Source of the DNA: Trichosphaerium sp. ATCC 40318
Taxonomy: Eukaryota > Protista > Tubulinea
Direction: 5' to 3'
Length of the DNA: 64,000 nucleotides
Assembly (NCBI GenBank): GCA_038496445.1
Contig: JALMLS010000450.1
Coordinates: 124,001-188,000 of the forward strand
Shown here: positions 13,496 to 26,424 of the stretch, in pieces
How positions within the stretch are numbered: the first letter of the stretch is position 1
Layout of the letters: each line of letters begins with the position of its first letter
Program-made: the position numbers and the translations under genes
Notes under the pieces: generated by a model
The model's database searches: none
What the model saw: the letters and a program-made list of their open reading frames with translations, nothing else
What the model was told of the DNA's origin: nothing

Positions 13496-14211
13496 GATGT
13501 GTTGCTGATGTTGTATTGGTAGGTTGATATTTGGTATTTTTGGTTAGTAGAAAACTTCGAGAAAACTGCGTGTTTTGCGGCAACTTCGGCCGGCTTTGGT
13601 TAATGTCGGCCCAATAACTGCAGTGACAAAACATCCATACAGAATGCGGGACGCTTGACAAAAACCTAAAAATACGAACTACCACAAGTTATTTGGTGGA
13701 GTAAACTGAACGCTGTAGTTTGGTTATCAAGCGTTTTACAAGGTTTCAAGCTTCTTGTTGAGAAAGGGGAGCCTGTGGCTGTTTTTTTTTTGAGCTAGTT
13801 CCTCACGGAGTCTGCTCATGCCGCTTCGCTCAGTTTACGTAAACGTGCACACGTGTTGTGTGACAACATATTTCGGGATTTTCACGACTTGTCACGAAGA
13901 TTTTTTATGAAGAAGCGCTTTTTAACTACCAATAACGTCAACAGTAGACAACAATCGAGAGCTCTAAAACAATTATTTACAATAAAAGGCCAGTGTTGGC
14001 GACCGGCAATTTGAATTAGCTTTTTACGCTTCCACAAACACAAACCTTGCTTCGCTTCTCTTCGCATTACAAAAAAAACACGTGGATGCCTAGGCTTTAA
14101 TGTTATCTAATTCAGCAATACCAGCAACAAAACATGAGCCTTGTAGGAGAAGAGGCAAGTATTTCCTCGGCAATCTACTACTATACTTTCGCAACGTATT
14201 TTATCTAGACT

Positions 14212-14665
14212 ATAGATATACAGCGACAACATCAAGATATAATAACTCACTTCAAAAAACTGGAAAGTTCTACTGTTGGTATAAAGGTAATCTTATAAAG
14301 AAGGCGTATTTCTTGAATGGCGTACTTGATGGCAGTTTTATTGAGTTACATAAAAACGGAAAAATAATGGAGGAATGTTCCTTTGTAGAAGGCAAAAGAC
14401 ATGGAAGTTACAAGCTATGGTTCTCTTCAGGGCAGTTAAGTACTAAGTGTACGTATAAGAATGGTCTTAAAGAAGGAAAATATGAACAATGTGGAAGAAG
14501 AAACATCGTCATTGCATTGTCTGTAATTATGTAAATGGCGAAATTCATGGTGAACTGAAGAGGTGGGATTCTGTTGGTAATATAATAGAATGGAGAAATT
14601 ACACAAATGGTATCCCAGAGGAACGTCAAGTCAAAGAACGTGGAGGCTATTATGTTGTTGGATAG
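14212..14665 (+). pseudogene. 5'-truncated, frameshifted copy of the MORN-repeat gene
   Basis: Near-identical reverse complement of 3917-4373; lacks the F-box part; 1-nt deletion near 14490 (caatgtgg vs caatggtgg). Confidence 0.85.
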
Positions 14666-15069
14666 CAAAAAAAACCACATACTCACAGCAACCAAGCGTA
14701 TTGATAACTTGCAAACTGAGTGTAAAAAATAAAGTCCAAATATTTAACAAGCAGTTGAGATGTTTATTTGCTGTGTCCTATTTATTGTTTGTATCCTATT
14801 TGTTTAAGCATGTGAAAGACGCATACTGCAAAGCCTGGAAAGGAGTCAGAATCGGCAGCAGGCAAACATCATTTGAATTTTTTGCGTGTACTTGAGTTAT
14901 TAGTTGTGTTACCTACTTGATAATGAGTCCGGAAGCGGGTGATCAGTGTGAATGCATAACCGCGTTAGATTTAAGTTAGTTAGCAGTCATGTAGCCACGC
15001 GGATGGAAGTGCCATAGAACAACAAAATAGTAAGAGAAGTGTGAGCCTGGAATATCCAATCACCATGCG

Positions 15070-15512
15070 TAGTAGGCGGTTTGGTCGTAGGAGTTGGTGC
15101 AGGTGGATCAGTAGTAGGAGGCGGACTCGAAACAATGGGTGAATCAGTAGTAGGGGTAACTGGACTCGAAACAATGGGTGGATCAGTAGGCGGTTGGGTA
15201 ACTGGAGTCGAAACACAACCAGTAACTTCCCATGTTACTACAGAAATCTCAAATACCATATTTTCCTCGGTATCGTCTCCACTGACAACGAGAGTGTGTG
15301 GTTCTCCTTGTTGAATGTATGCAGACAATTGAGAAAACTCAGCAACTGCAACAAAGTCAGCATTGCAAACAGGAGGCAATGTACTAATAAAACAAGTTAG
15401 TTGTGGTTCCCAAAATCTAATTTGATTTATTTTTCTTCAAGCGTACCAATGCATTCCAGTATTCCGGTTTTGTAGCTACACACTTGTTTGCATCTTTTCC
15501 ACAAATTGTGGT
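15070..15512 (-). pseudogene. Internal fragment (copy C) of the surface-protein gene, A-like
   Basis: Reverse complement of about 2930-3270 joined to about 2600-2700; lacks the 5' exons, one internal exon and the GPI signal. Confidence 0.85.
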
Positions 15513-16057
15513 GTTGACTCTCAAAATAATCAAGTTGAGTTGACTATTGTTTCAACGCCTTTCAGTCAACCAAATGGATTGGTGATTCTGGTTTCCCTCT
15601 CAGAACAATCATAACAATCGTTGACAATCACCAATGCTAGTAACACTACCTCTCGCGCTGATTAAACACCCATAAAAATATAGTGTATCAATTAATCAGA
15701 ACAAAAATTACATAAATGGTTAGTTCATCTGCCAGCTTTCCCATGTACCAGTGCCTCCTTCAACATGGTACCATGCAACCTACCACTACAACGCCAGTTG
15801 CACCTTCTTCAGATATCAAGCGTATGTACACTGGAAACACATATTGCTGTACTCTTGCGTTCATACATGCAGTAGTAACACGTGTTGATTAAAAAAAAGA
15901 CAATGAATTCTTTTCAGCAGTACATAGTTACGTATCGAATGCGAAGATTTTTGCCTTCAGCGCTTATAATTGAACAATAACAAAACCATGCAACGTAAAC
16001 AAATCAATTGATAATTTATTTAATCTTTTTCATTTCTATGCTAGGTCGCTATGAGAT

Positions 16058-17837
16058 CTAATTATTAGGCTTTTTACAGCACTCAGTACAAGGGTACACC
16101 TTATCCGCATAGTAGCGCTTACTACATAAAATGTAAGTCATTTTTCACTCGTGTGAAAAAAACTATGTTAGAAATTTCCATCAGTGTTCTTACTTGCTGC
16201 CTTCATAGAAAGCTTTAAAAGCTTGACCTTGTGTTAGTCCATCTATTGTTATGACATCAAATTCGTTTCCGCAATGATGTACACAGGAGTCCTAGAACAA
16301 ATATTAACAAATGGTTTTTTATGACATTTCGAATAATCACTGCTCGTTCATTTGAAACACGGGACAATTTTTTTTTTGGTTTTTTAAGTTTTGTACCAGA
16401 AACATTGCGCTCTCTTTATTCACAAATGCCTTGTCAATGATAGATTTTAGCATAGCACCGTATTCGTTAATCAAAGTAACGTTTGTTGTTTGCAATATTC
16501 CAGGTCCAATTTGGTAGTGGTCGTACTGAGACTGTAGAGCAAATATAGGAGTTTTAATGAATGGTGCGATGTTCTATGAAGATTAAATAAATAGAATATT
16601 TGAATAGTAGTTGTAGAGGAAAAAAATCCAAGAAGCAAAAATAGAACCAACAACTAGTTGCCAGAAAAAGTCATGTACCTGAGAAAACATACAATAGTAC
16701 TCTTCACCAACATGTGCTGCCAAACATTCTTTACTACTGACTGAAACAATGTTAAGTACCAAGTTGGTTTATAAATCTGCACGTGCCTCCTGCCATGTTC
16801 ATATTCTCAAAAACCCATTTTTGAAAACTAATAAACCCACGCTTTCCTTGCACTTGCAAGAAAAATCCGCTGTCAGGCATACCTGAGTGCCACTTAGTTT
16901 GGTTTGTAGTATTTGATACCGCGTACCTCTCACTTTAGTGGCACTTGTAAAACTGTCCGCCCACCAGTCCACGTGCAGATAAGCGGCAACACCACCTTTG
17001 ATGAACATGTTAATTGTGTCAATAGGATTTCAGTTAGTACCTGCTGAACAACCTGCTATGACTACGTCAGTTGCGTTCTTGAGTCCCTTCTCCATAAGCG
17101 AACTCCTTATTGCTTCCAAATTACGAATACCTCGATACCAGCTAAACACAATAAGATTAAAACGAGGTAAAAGTATCCATACATTTTGGTGTTGTTTATC
17201 AACTTCGGCTCTTCAATGTACGATCCAAACGAACCTCCATCGCAATACATAAGATATCTACAATTGAAATGAGTGTCATTCATAAGCACAAAACAACGAA
17301 AAGCTTACACTTTGTTCCAATTGTACATGAGAGGATTTTGTTCCGGGTCACTGCTATAATACCCAGTATCCCAGTTATCTGTTGGCGGGTAGTTTTTGGA
17401 CGAACCCAAGTGATCTTTTTTTAATAAGTTTGTCACGTGATTTTTAGAAAGAAAGTTCAGACGTACTTTGTGCTCTTTCATAGCAGTCAGTATCCGAACC
17501 ACACCATCCGCCTCCTTGATGGAAAATCATCCTGAAAATACGTGAGAACTTTCTAAATGGAACAAAACGTTTAAAACTACAACGCCGTACCACTTTGATG
17601 CCCCAGAACCAGATCCTGGTACAATATAGTATGCTGGTGGAGAGCCGTCAAGGCACATCGCTCCAAATTCTATAGGCGCCTACCAAACACGTGTTAAATA
17701 ATAAAAATAGGTTAATAACCTACATTTGTTAATTTCGTTAACGTCCAAACTTGAGCTTCTGGTGTAGTGCGATCACTGTCGATAGCATACGCACTAACAG
17801 CTAATACCATAGCAAAAAGAGGTAAAAACCTGAGCAT
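16058..17837 (-). CDS. Pectin acetylesterase/Notum-family secreted carboxylesterase
   Basis: Signal peptide MLRFLPLFAMVLAVSAYA; motifs AMCLDGSPPAYY, QGGGWC, LGSS, NPLMYNWN, YCDGGSF, GCSAGG, PDSGFF, DSCVHHC. Confidence 0.92.
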
Positions 17838-18028
17838 TCTATATTGCGAAACCCTGTGTTTAAAGGCTAAAGTCAACAGAATAAATATGCAACCCCTTTC
17901 AAACGTGGTCAAAGATAATTATTGTCGACTTTCTAGAAACCGAGAATTTTCACAAAAAAATGAAAGGTCATTTATTGATAGCCAGCGCTTGTGCTACTAC
18001 AGTCTATCGTGGCGTAAGTAACTGAACC

Positions 18029-19439
18029 ATGCTACATACTTTAACAAATATACCAAAGTACACGTGACCTTAAATTGTTTTTATTGCCTTTTATTCTATT
18101 GCCACATGTACTGATCGCATTTTGCAGGCCAATCGAGTTGGTTTGTTTACCTACAGAAATATTATTTTGTATTTTATCTGTCTTGGGTAAACGTGATCGT
18201 ATTTCTTCAACGTTCGTATGTAAATTCTTTTCTACAATAATTATAAATCATTTGGGATATTACGAGGTTACTGTGACATCAAAGGAAGACTTTTCAAGAC
18301 TTTCTAAAAGTCCTTTGCTGAAAAACACAAAAGTTATTGTTGACAACCATACGTATACAGTAACTACAGATGACTTCAAGAATATCTCTGGTGTACATCA
18401 CCTAGTGATAGAAGACTTAGTTGAAGTAACAGATACTATGTTAGAACATATTACAGGCATACACTGTCTGGAACTACAGATCACAAGTGCGTCAAAGCTA
18501 ACATGTGGTGGATTTAAATCATTGTCGGGTGTTCATACAATAGACTTGGCTTATGGGCATTTTAAAGATGAATGGATTCAAGGCCTTTGTGACATCCATA
18601 CAGTTGATATTGCTGGTACAACTATATCTGATAAAGGTCTTGCAGCGCTATCTGGAGTTCACAGTATTGACATATCACGTTGCTACAGTATTACAGACAA
18701 AGGCGTTATTGCAAGTTCAGGCTACATACACAAGATAGAGTTAAATGGATGTACAATTACAGATGAAAGTATCAAGGCATTAACAAAGGTACACTCTATA
18801 TCTTTGATGGATTGTACGAATACATCAGATGAGGGCATTAAGTACTTATTAACACACAATCAAAAAACACTTACTATAAACAAAATAGTACTAAACAGTT
18901 GTGTGCAAATATCGAACAACACATTGAAGCTATTGGCTGGAGTACCATGTGTAGAGCTTGTTAATTGCACTCAACTACATGATGATACTCTGTCTTGTTT
19001 AGTAGGTGTACAGCATATTGATTTGTATCTTTGTAAGGCTATAACAAGTGATGGAATACAAAAGCTATCAGGAGTAAAAGTGATTGACATTTCAAAGCTT
19101 GATTGTGTTGACGATAGTACTTTAGCACCACTTGCAGGTGTCCAAACTATTATTCTCACGGATACCAAAATAACAGATAAAGGCCTTGGTTACTTGATAG
19201 GCGTTAAAATCATAATCCTTGATAACTGTGAGTATATCACTGACAAAGGTGTAAATCGTCTTGTTGGTGTTAAGAAGTTATCCTTAGAAGGCTGTTCACA
19301 AATCACAGATAGTGGCGTTGTTAGTCTAACATCCTTAGATCGTATTAATCATCTGTGTACCCAAATTACACAGAAGATGGTTGACTATCTTGTAACAGAA
19401 GATGTGTTTGACGATGAAGGCTTTTGGCCCAAGTTTTAG
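18029..19439 (+). CDS. F-box/leucine-rich repeat protein
   Basis: ATG 18029, one intron about 18058-18128; F-box LVCLPTEILFCILSVL..VCKFF; many GVHxxDxxxxxITDxGxxxL repeats. Confidence 0.9.
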
Positions 19440-19495
19440 ATGCTTCTACAAGACGTGGCTTGATTCTTAAAGTGTTTGTGTAAAGTTTAGGCACT

Positions 19496-19760
19496 AAAGT
19501 ATCAAAAAAAACCGTTAACCATAGATTCTGGAGGTTTCTGGATAATCAAACACTTCGTAATACTGATAAAACAGCACCAACAAATGGATCACACAAGATA
19601 TCAATGAGGACATTTGGCGTTCTAGCATTTTAGAAACTCAACGCGAAAATTGGTAACTCGGTACAGTACTTAGATGCTATGTATAAACCCACTCTGCATT
19701 TTAGAACCAGGGTATGTTATTGAGTTCTTTTTCCACTAGGCAAAAAATACCCAACAAAAC
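19496..19760. repeat. Orphan copy of the surface-gene upstream region
   Basis: Direct repeat of about 22260-22550 (aaaaccgttaacca.agattctggaggtttctggataat...gaggacatttggcgttc) with no gene attached. Confidence 0.85.
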
Positions 19761-19978
19761 TTAACAAGCAAAACCATTACCTGCACCAATTTGAATTAAA
19801 ACCCTAGCTTGTATCTGAAAACTAATCATGAAAGTAAGTATTCACATCTTACAAGAAACTATCAGTTAGATTTAGTGTTTTGTATCAATCACAGAGTTGA
19901 GTATTCTTAGACCACCAATTTAATATACATAAAATCAATCGTGTTGATGTTTATTTGGTGTTAATTTAGTATCCCTAC

Positions 19979-22208
19979 TTACAACAGTGTAGTGGCAAGA
20001 CACATTACAAGCGCAAGAGTAACAACAACAATGTGTGAACTTGCACTAGGAGGAGGAGTCACTGGGCTTGGAACACAACCAGTAAGTTCGCCTGTTACTA
20101 CAGTAAGTGCAAATTCCATATTTTCCAAACTGTTGGTTGTATTAGATCCACTGATAACAAGAGTATGTGGTTCTCCTTGCGGAATGTACACTGACAATTG
20201 AAGCATATCACAATTTGCAACAAAGTCAGCGCCAGCACTGGCGCAATCAGGAGGCAATGTACTAATAATACAAGTTAGTTGTGGTTTCCCAAAAATACAA
20301 ATATGTTGTGTTTTTGTTATCTTTACCTGAAGTCTCGTGACTCAAAAGCATCTCCACCAACATCTCCTTTGTATAATGTAAACACATACGGTCCTAAAAT
20401 AGGACACATACTGTCACTTATGAAGCTTGATCTGAAGATTCGATATCCGGATGTAGAAACATCAACTTTCTATTTATGTTTTTTGTTAAAATGTGGCAAT
20501 GTCTAAATTGATTTATTCTTTAAGCGTACCAATGCATTCCAGTTTACCATATCTCCATCTGTGCACTTGTTTAATTGACTATTTCCCACAGATTTTGGTT
20601 TGGACCACAGCTAGTCAAAAATTTAGAAACACAAAACAATTAACAAAAAGAGAAACAGCCAGCTATCGTACTGTGTCTCCAAGTCTATACATGGTATCAC
20701 AAGGTGGAAGATTTGTAGGCGGTGAGGTAATAGGTTCAGAAGGCTCAAATGGCGCGTAAGTAACTGGTGGAGGTACTTCTACCATGACAACACCCGCCAT
20801 TACTAAAAAAACAAAATAAGGTTTTTCGAATACTTGCAAACTTTTGTTTACAACTTACCGTCTTGCGCGTCAACACGAGTAATATCACCAATTACAAAAG
20901 TATATTCTTTTCCTTCTTCCAAAGAGAAAGTGGGATTTGTACGAGATCGGTCCTAAATTAGAAATCAATCTGCTGTTGTATTGAGTAATCTAAGTGAAAG
21001 CGTACATTCCTTGTTTGGTTGACAACAATGCCACAGTCATCAGCTTGAAAACATACACAATTTGCTCCAAGCTCTCCTTCAACGGCAAAAGCCTTAGCTG
21101 CAATATATTCGAGTCTCTTCAGATTTTCAGAAAGGACCCAATAGCTAAATAAGCCATAGTTTACATTAGGGAATGGAGTACTACAGTAAATATGTTACCA
21201 AACAAACTCTTTTACAGCATTTGCAAAACTTGCCTCGAATTTCCGTAATTACTGTAACCTACTACACCTACAAACTCAATGAAATACTCTGAAGTCTTTG
21301 GAGCAGTCCATTTGAATTGAGCAGTCGGGGTGGTCACATTAGTAGAGTTACAAGATACATCAAACTCTTTCATAGGGCTGGTTGCGTTGTAGCTTATCAA
21401 TGCGTCCATTTGTATCGTAGGAACTACCTCAACAACAAAAATACCTTGAAATCCTACATCTCCAGTATTTACGTTGTAGTCTGTATAAGGTTCAGCAGGA
21501 TCAGTATCGTATGTTATTAACACTTTGTGAGTTCCGGCTGGTATCCATATTGTACCCTGTGTAGTTCGGGCTAAAGAAAACAAATATTAGTCGGGGAACA
21601 TGTTTTTGATGGTATTCATACTGCCAAAGAATCTTCCTCTGCCTGTGATAGCCCATAAAATATTATCACATGGAGAATTACAATCCCAATTTCCATTTTC
21701 GTAGATTATCACGTGTATATTTTCCTCAATTTGAATAGAACTGTGAACTAACAAAAAAAAGAGTTAAACCGTGCATGTGAACCAAGAGATGCTGAACATC
21801 TAGTAAACAAGAAACAAAAGCGAGTTGATAAAGCTACTAACTAAGACAGTTTTTTTTCAAATCACCGTCTTACCTTCAATGAAGTAGAAACCTCCAGTTG
21901 ATATAGTGAGGTCTTTTGTAACGTAGTTCGCTTCAGTATCACCTCTAAGGTTCTGTAAGGCTTGTTGTAGTGTTATTGAAAGAGATCGTACTTGACACAG
22001 GTGGCTGAGTGTTTTTCGTTAAACCCACCATAGAATGGAGACAATTGAGGCGGTGTTGAGCATGTACCAGCATTGTTTCTAAAGAAATAATTAGATAACC
22101 ATAGAAAAAAGATTCTCACCCGCAAGAGACATCAGCAACTTGACCAGAGAACCTTATTGTAGCTGCAGACACAATACAAATAACAAAGAAAGCGTAGATG
22201 AGGTGCAT
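19979..22208 (-). CDS. GPI-anchored surface protein, copy D (short stalk)
   Basis: Same signal peptide and exons; ORFs 21212-21583 and 19979-20257; stalk reduced to PSPVTPPPS. Confidence 0.85.
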
Positions 22209-22779
22209 CGCAGAAGAGAGCAATTTGTAATAAACGTATCTTTTGTGTGAATTTAACCAAAGTATCACAAAAACCGTTAACCACAGATTCTGGAGGTTTC
22301 TGGATAATAAACTGTTTGTAAAACGGATAAAACAGCGTCAACAAATGGATCACACAAGATATCAATGAGGACATTTGGCGTTCCAGCATTTATGAAACTC
22401 AACGCGAAAATTTGGTAACAAGCTACAGTACACATTGTAGATGCTGATAAAACCCATTTTCTGTTCTAAACAAACGGAAAAGTATGATGTGGTAGAATGT
22501 GGGTAAGTAATTGAGTTCTACAGTATTTCCCTTTACCCAAAAAATTTACAGCGGGCACAGTATTTTAGAATAAAAAAAATTCATGGCGAAATTACGTCAC
22601 GTGATTTAAAACAAAACCCAAACAATGCCAAATGGTTTTCTAAATACACTACAGGCACTGTTTTATAAACAGTTGGCAGTACTTGATTTATCAGTCAAGT
22701 TTTCGCGTAGTCACCCTGATGCTGAGAGAGCTAGTATCAGCGTAGGTAGAGCTACATTGTATCTAGTCTTTGCCTTTTA

Positions 22780-23988
22780 GCGTATGTTCACCATCCCAAA
22801 CAAAGTTATACAGACCTGATAGAAGAACAACTGTTTCCTTCAATTCGTCAGGCCTGTCCTATGTGGTTTAGTAGTATTGATTCAAGGATACATATTGTTC
22901 GCCTTTGGACCAGTTACTTACCACATCCAGTTATGCATGCATGATGTCCCTTGTTATCCAAAAGTCACCATGCGTTTCTTGTATACGATAAGAATTTATA
23001 TGGTTTATAAATGAACGGTTGGCAATTATTGAAATATTACGTTACCAAAGGCAAGGTAGTACTGCTAGGAAAGTACTTAAAACGAAACAAGGTATCCAAA
23101 ATCAGTTTGTTAACATCCATCTATCCTAGCTGTTCACGTATACTATGTAAAAAGTCAAACTCTAACATGGTAAAATAAGCTGGATCAGTTTTACTGCCGG
23201 TATTTCAAGCACGTCTGTAGATGTAACTTTTTATTGTAACAAGATAAAACACTCAAGACCATGAGAATAGCATGCGCCGGAGTATTTTTTGATGTACACC
23301 TAAAACTACACGTGCAAGTAACTTCAGTTTCAAAAGAATTATTCTGCGTCTTCCCAGAAAATTGCTTTTAACAATGAACCTGAAGCAGTCATAACAGTCC
23401 CCTAAAAAAAATTGTATCAAGTGAGAACGGATGCACGCTTAATCCTAGTATAAATCTTCCAAACTGGAAAACGTTGTACACTTGATAAACCAAGAATAAG
23501 TGTTTATATCCAACCAAATTTAAAGATGAATGGACCCAAGAACGCATACCTCAACGCGAATTTTAAGCAGTTAAATTTGAACAAAGACGAAGGAAGTACC
23601 AAGGACGTGAGTGAGCTTCCCAGTATTTTGATTGCCATCCCCGGGGTTCGTTTATCCAATAATCTGAAACCACGTAAGTGAACATTAACCATAAAAACAA
23701 AAATTGTAAAAAAATAAAAAAATAAAAAATACACGTGCCAGCGTCACTAATAACTTCTCGACTATAATTTCCAACGTGTTCTTTCCATGCCCGTTTAGCC
23801 ATTGTTAGCTCAAAATATTTTTGACGCGCGTGATCTCTCAGCAATGGATTTATTACCATCACTTCAAAACACTCCATGCCAATAAAGCAACCGAAATAAA
23901 CCACACCAACCACAATAAAAGACAAAAAAAACTGAGCTGTAAGAATCCAAACAGGTGCAGTTTCAACGATTACGTCAGCGGAATCCAT
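22780..23988 (-). CDS. Hypothetical membrane protein, multi-exon; 3' end uncertain
   Basis: ATG 23988, TM segment QFFLSFIVVGVVYFGCFIG, poly-T intron-like tracts downstream. Confidence 0.45.
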
Positions 23989-24156
23989 CACGTGCAGCTA
24001 TTATTTAATACAATAAATCCTTTCTACAACCGTTAAAATAGGAACTGAAGTACTAGAAATGGCTTGAACCTTTTCTCAGTCACACTAATTATTGTCAGTA
24101 AGAAAAAGCCACGTGAAAATTAGACGACTTCAGTGGAGTGCAAGGTGTTGCAAACA

Positions 24157-25486
24157 ATGCGCTATGAAGCGCATAAAGTGATATTCGCGCTTATTTGTTC
24201 AAGCACATCGCTTCTGTTTCTGTTTATAACGCCACAGGTGGAAACGCCGAAAAAACCAGAGCCTATACAGAAAAACAACCTGATATGGCATTCAATGGGC
24301 CATAGCTACGTACCCAAGTACGTCCCGGCATTCATACAATCTTGTTATAGCGAAAGCGTACTACAGCGGATTAAATTGAACTAATCAAGTGATTAGAGGA
24401 TTACACAAGTGTTCTGGCTTTGACGTGACTGTACAAAGCGACGATAAACATCCCCAAGGCGCTGCATATGCTGACTTGGTTGTATGGCAAGCTCCAGCTT
24501 CATGTGGTTACCTTCAAGATGCTATGCCTAAGCATAAGCCTAAAGGTCAATTCTGGGTTTTAGAAACACTTGAGCCGCCAAGATGTACAGAAAAGGACTT
24601 TGATTTTTTGAAACGATTTGATATTTTTTCTTCATACCGTGGCGATTGTGGTATACCTTCATATCAGCATACATATGCATGGACTTTTGCAGATTATGAT
24701 ATAATGTCTGAAATGAGAAAACCAATCACGTGGGATAAAAAAGATAAGAATGATCCTTTGTTTTTTGTAGCAGCAAATTGCAAGTCAAGGTCAGGAAGAG
24801 AATACTATGTTAAAGAGTTGATGGAATATATAAGTGTATCTAGTTATGGTGATTGTTTAAATAACAAAGATAGAGGCCACTATACAAGAAAATCTGAGCA
24901 GCAAGGAAATAAGAAATACTTGTACAAGACAATCAATGATGAATGGAAAAACAAACATCTATTCTACTTGGCGTTAGAAAACTCAAATTGTGAAGACTAC
25001 ATAACAGAGAAGTATTGGAAGTCATTATACGCTGGTTTATTACCAATTGTAGATGGACCTGATTCTTATGAAAAGTATTTACCTGCGCCTAACTCAGTAA
25101 TAAGACTTGATGACTTTGAGTCACCAAAACATCTTGCAGAATATATTAAATACCTTGTATCAAACAGAACAGCGTACATGGAGTATTTTCCTTGGAAGAC
25201 AGACCCGAAATTTGTATTCCCTGATACGTTCAAGTCTTTATTAAACAATTCCAAACAACTACAGAGTCATAGAGAGAGACTATGTGAGATAGCTTCTATT
25301 GCGAGAGGCGAAAAAGAGTTCTCAACTTGTCCACTTCCTGATAAGTCATGCAAACACGGGAAATGGATTCCTGTTTGGTACAAGAGGATATTAATAGATT
25401 TGACATGGTATTTACCATGGTGGTTAATACTATGTACTATTAGCGCTTGTGTATTAAGAATATATTCAAGGTGTATCAACACATAA
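24157..25486 (+). CDS. Alpha-1,3-fucosyltransferase (GT10)
   Basis: N-terminal TM anchor; one intron about 24318-24397; motifs ETLEPP, AANCKSRSGREYYVKEL, FYLALENSNCEDYITEKYW, VIRLDDFESPKHLAEYIKYL. Confidence 0.93.
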
Positions 25487-26424
25487 AATACTATCATTCC
25501 CAAAAAAAATATAAACAATTTTGCACAGAATTAATAGTCCAGTAATGTCGTACTTTGGTTTTGATTGCTTGCCACTCTTGAAAATGGGCAAAATTAGGTG
25601 TTGTTTCTTGCTAAGATTGGAGGAACAGACTAATTCTTTTGGGTATTTAGTGATGCCTGAACCATTACCAATAAAACCGTCAGCGGAAATCGGTTAGCTC
25701 TCACTATCAAAAATAGTTATTCCAATGGGTTATCTTATGCATAGAATGCTAGTAGCTAGTATCCTATTTTGAGTAAACCCGATTAAATGAAACGGAATTT
25801 AGTTATTTACTTTATTTACATGTGCTTGATAGTAGCATTTTTTACAGAAATATAGTGTTGACAAGGCTTTGGAGCATCCGCTAGAGGATCTTGCACGAAT
25901 GTCTACTCGTTTGTTTCCTTTGTAAATATAACGTAGCTGCTTCTATGTCTACGTGCGTTCTACAATTTGTGCTAACCAACCGTAGTTTACTGGCATCACT
26001 TACGTTGGAAAGAATAAGAGACCGAATCGTTGAATAAAAAACGAGGCAGTATGTCAAAGAGTGCTTATTTTGAAAAGTAGAAGAGCTGCTGTCCATTTGT
26101 AAAAGAGATGGTTATTCATGCTTAACCCTTGTTCTCGTGGATTTGGTGAATAGAAATCAGAACGCAAGAATTACTTGAATCTGTAAGAATTCAGAAAAGT
26201 CATAGTTTAGAGATCGTCACCTCCAGCTCGCAGTCATGACGTCATAGTCGGGCTACACAAGGAGGCAAGAGCCATTCAATAGCGTAGTTATTCTATTGCC
26301 TACCTAGTGGGATAAAGACTGGAAGAGGCTGAGTAATCGTCTCAACAACAGAACTTCTTTCCCAACAAAAAAAAACACTGACAAGCGATGTAATAAAAAC
26401 TACATAAAGAATTTGTATTTACAA

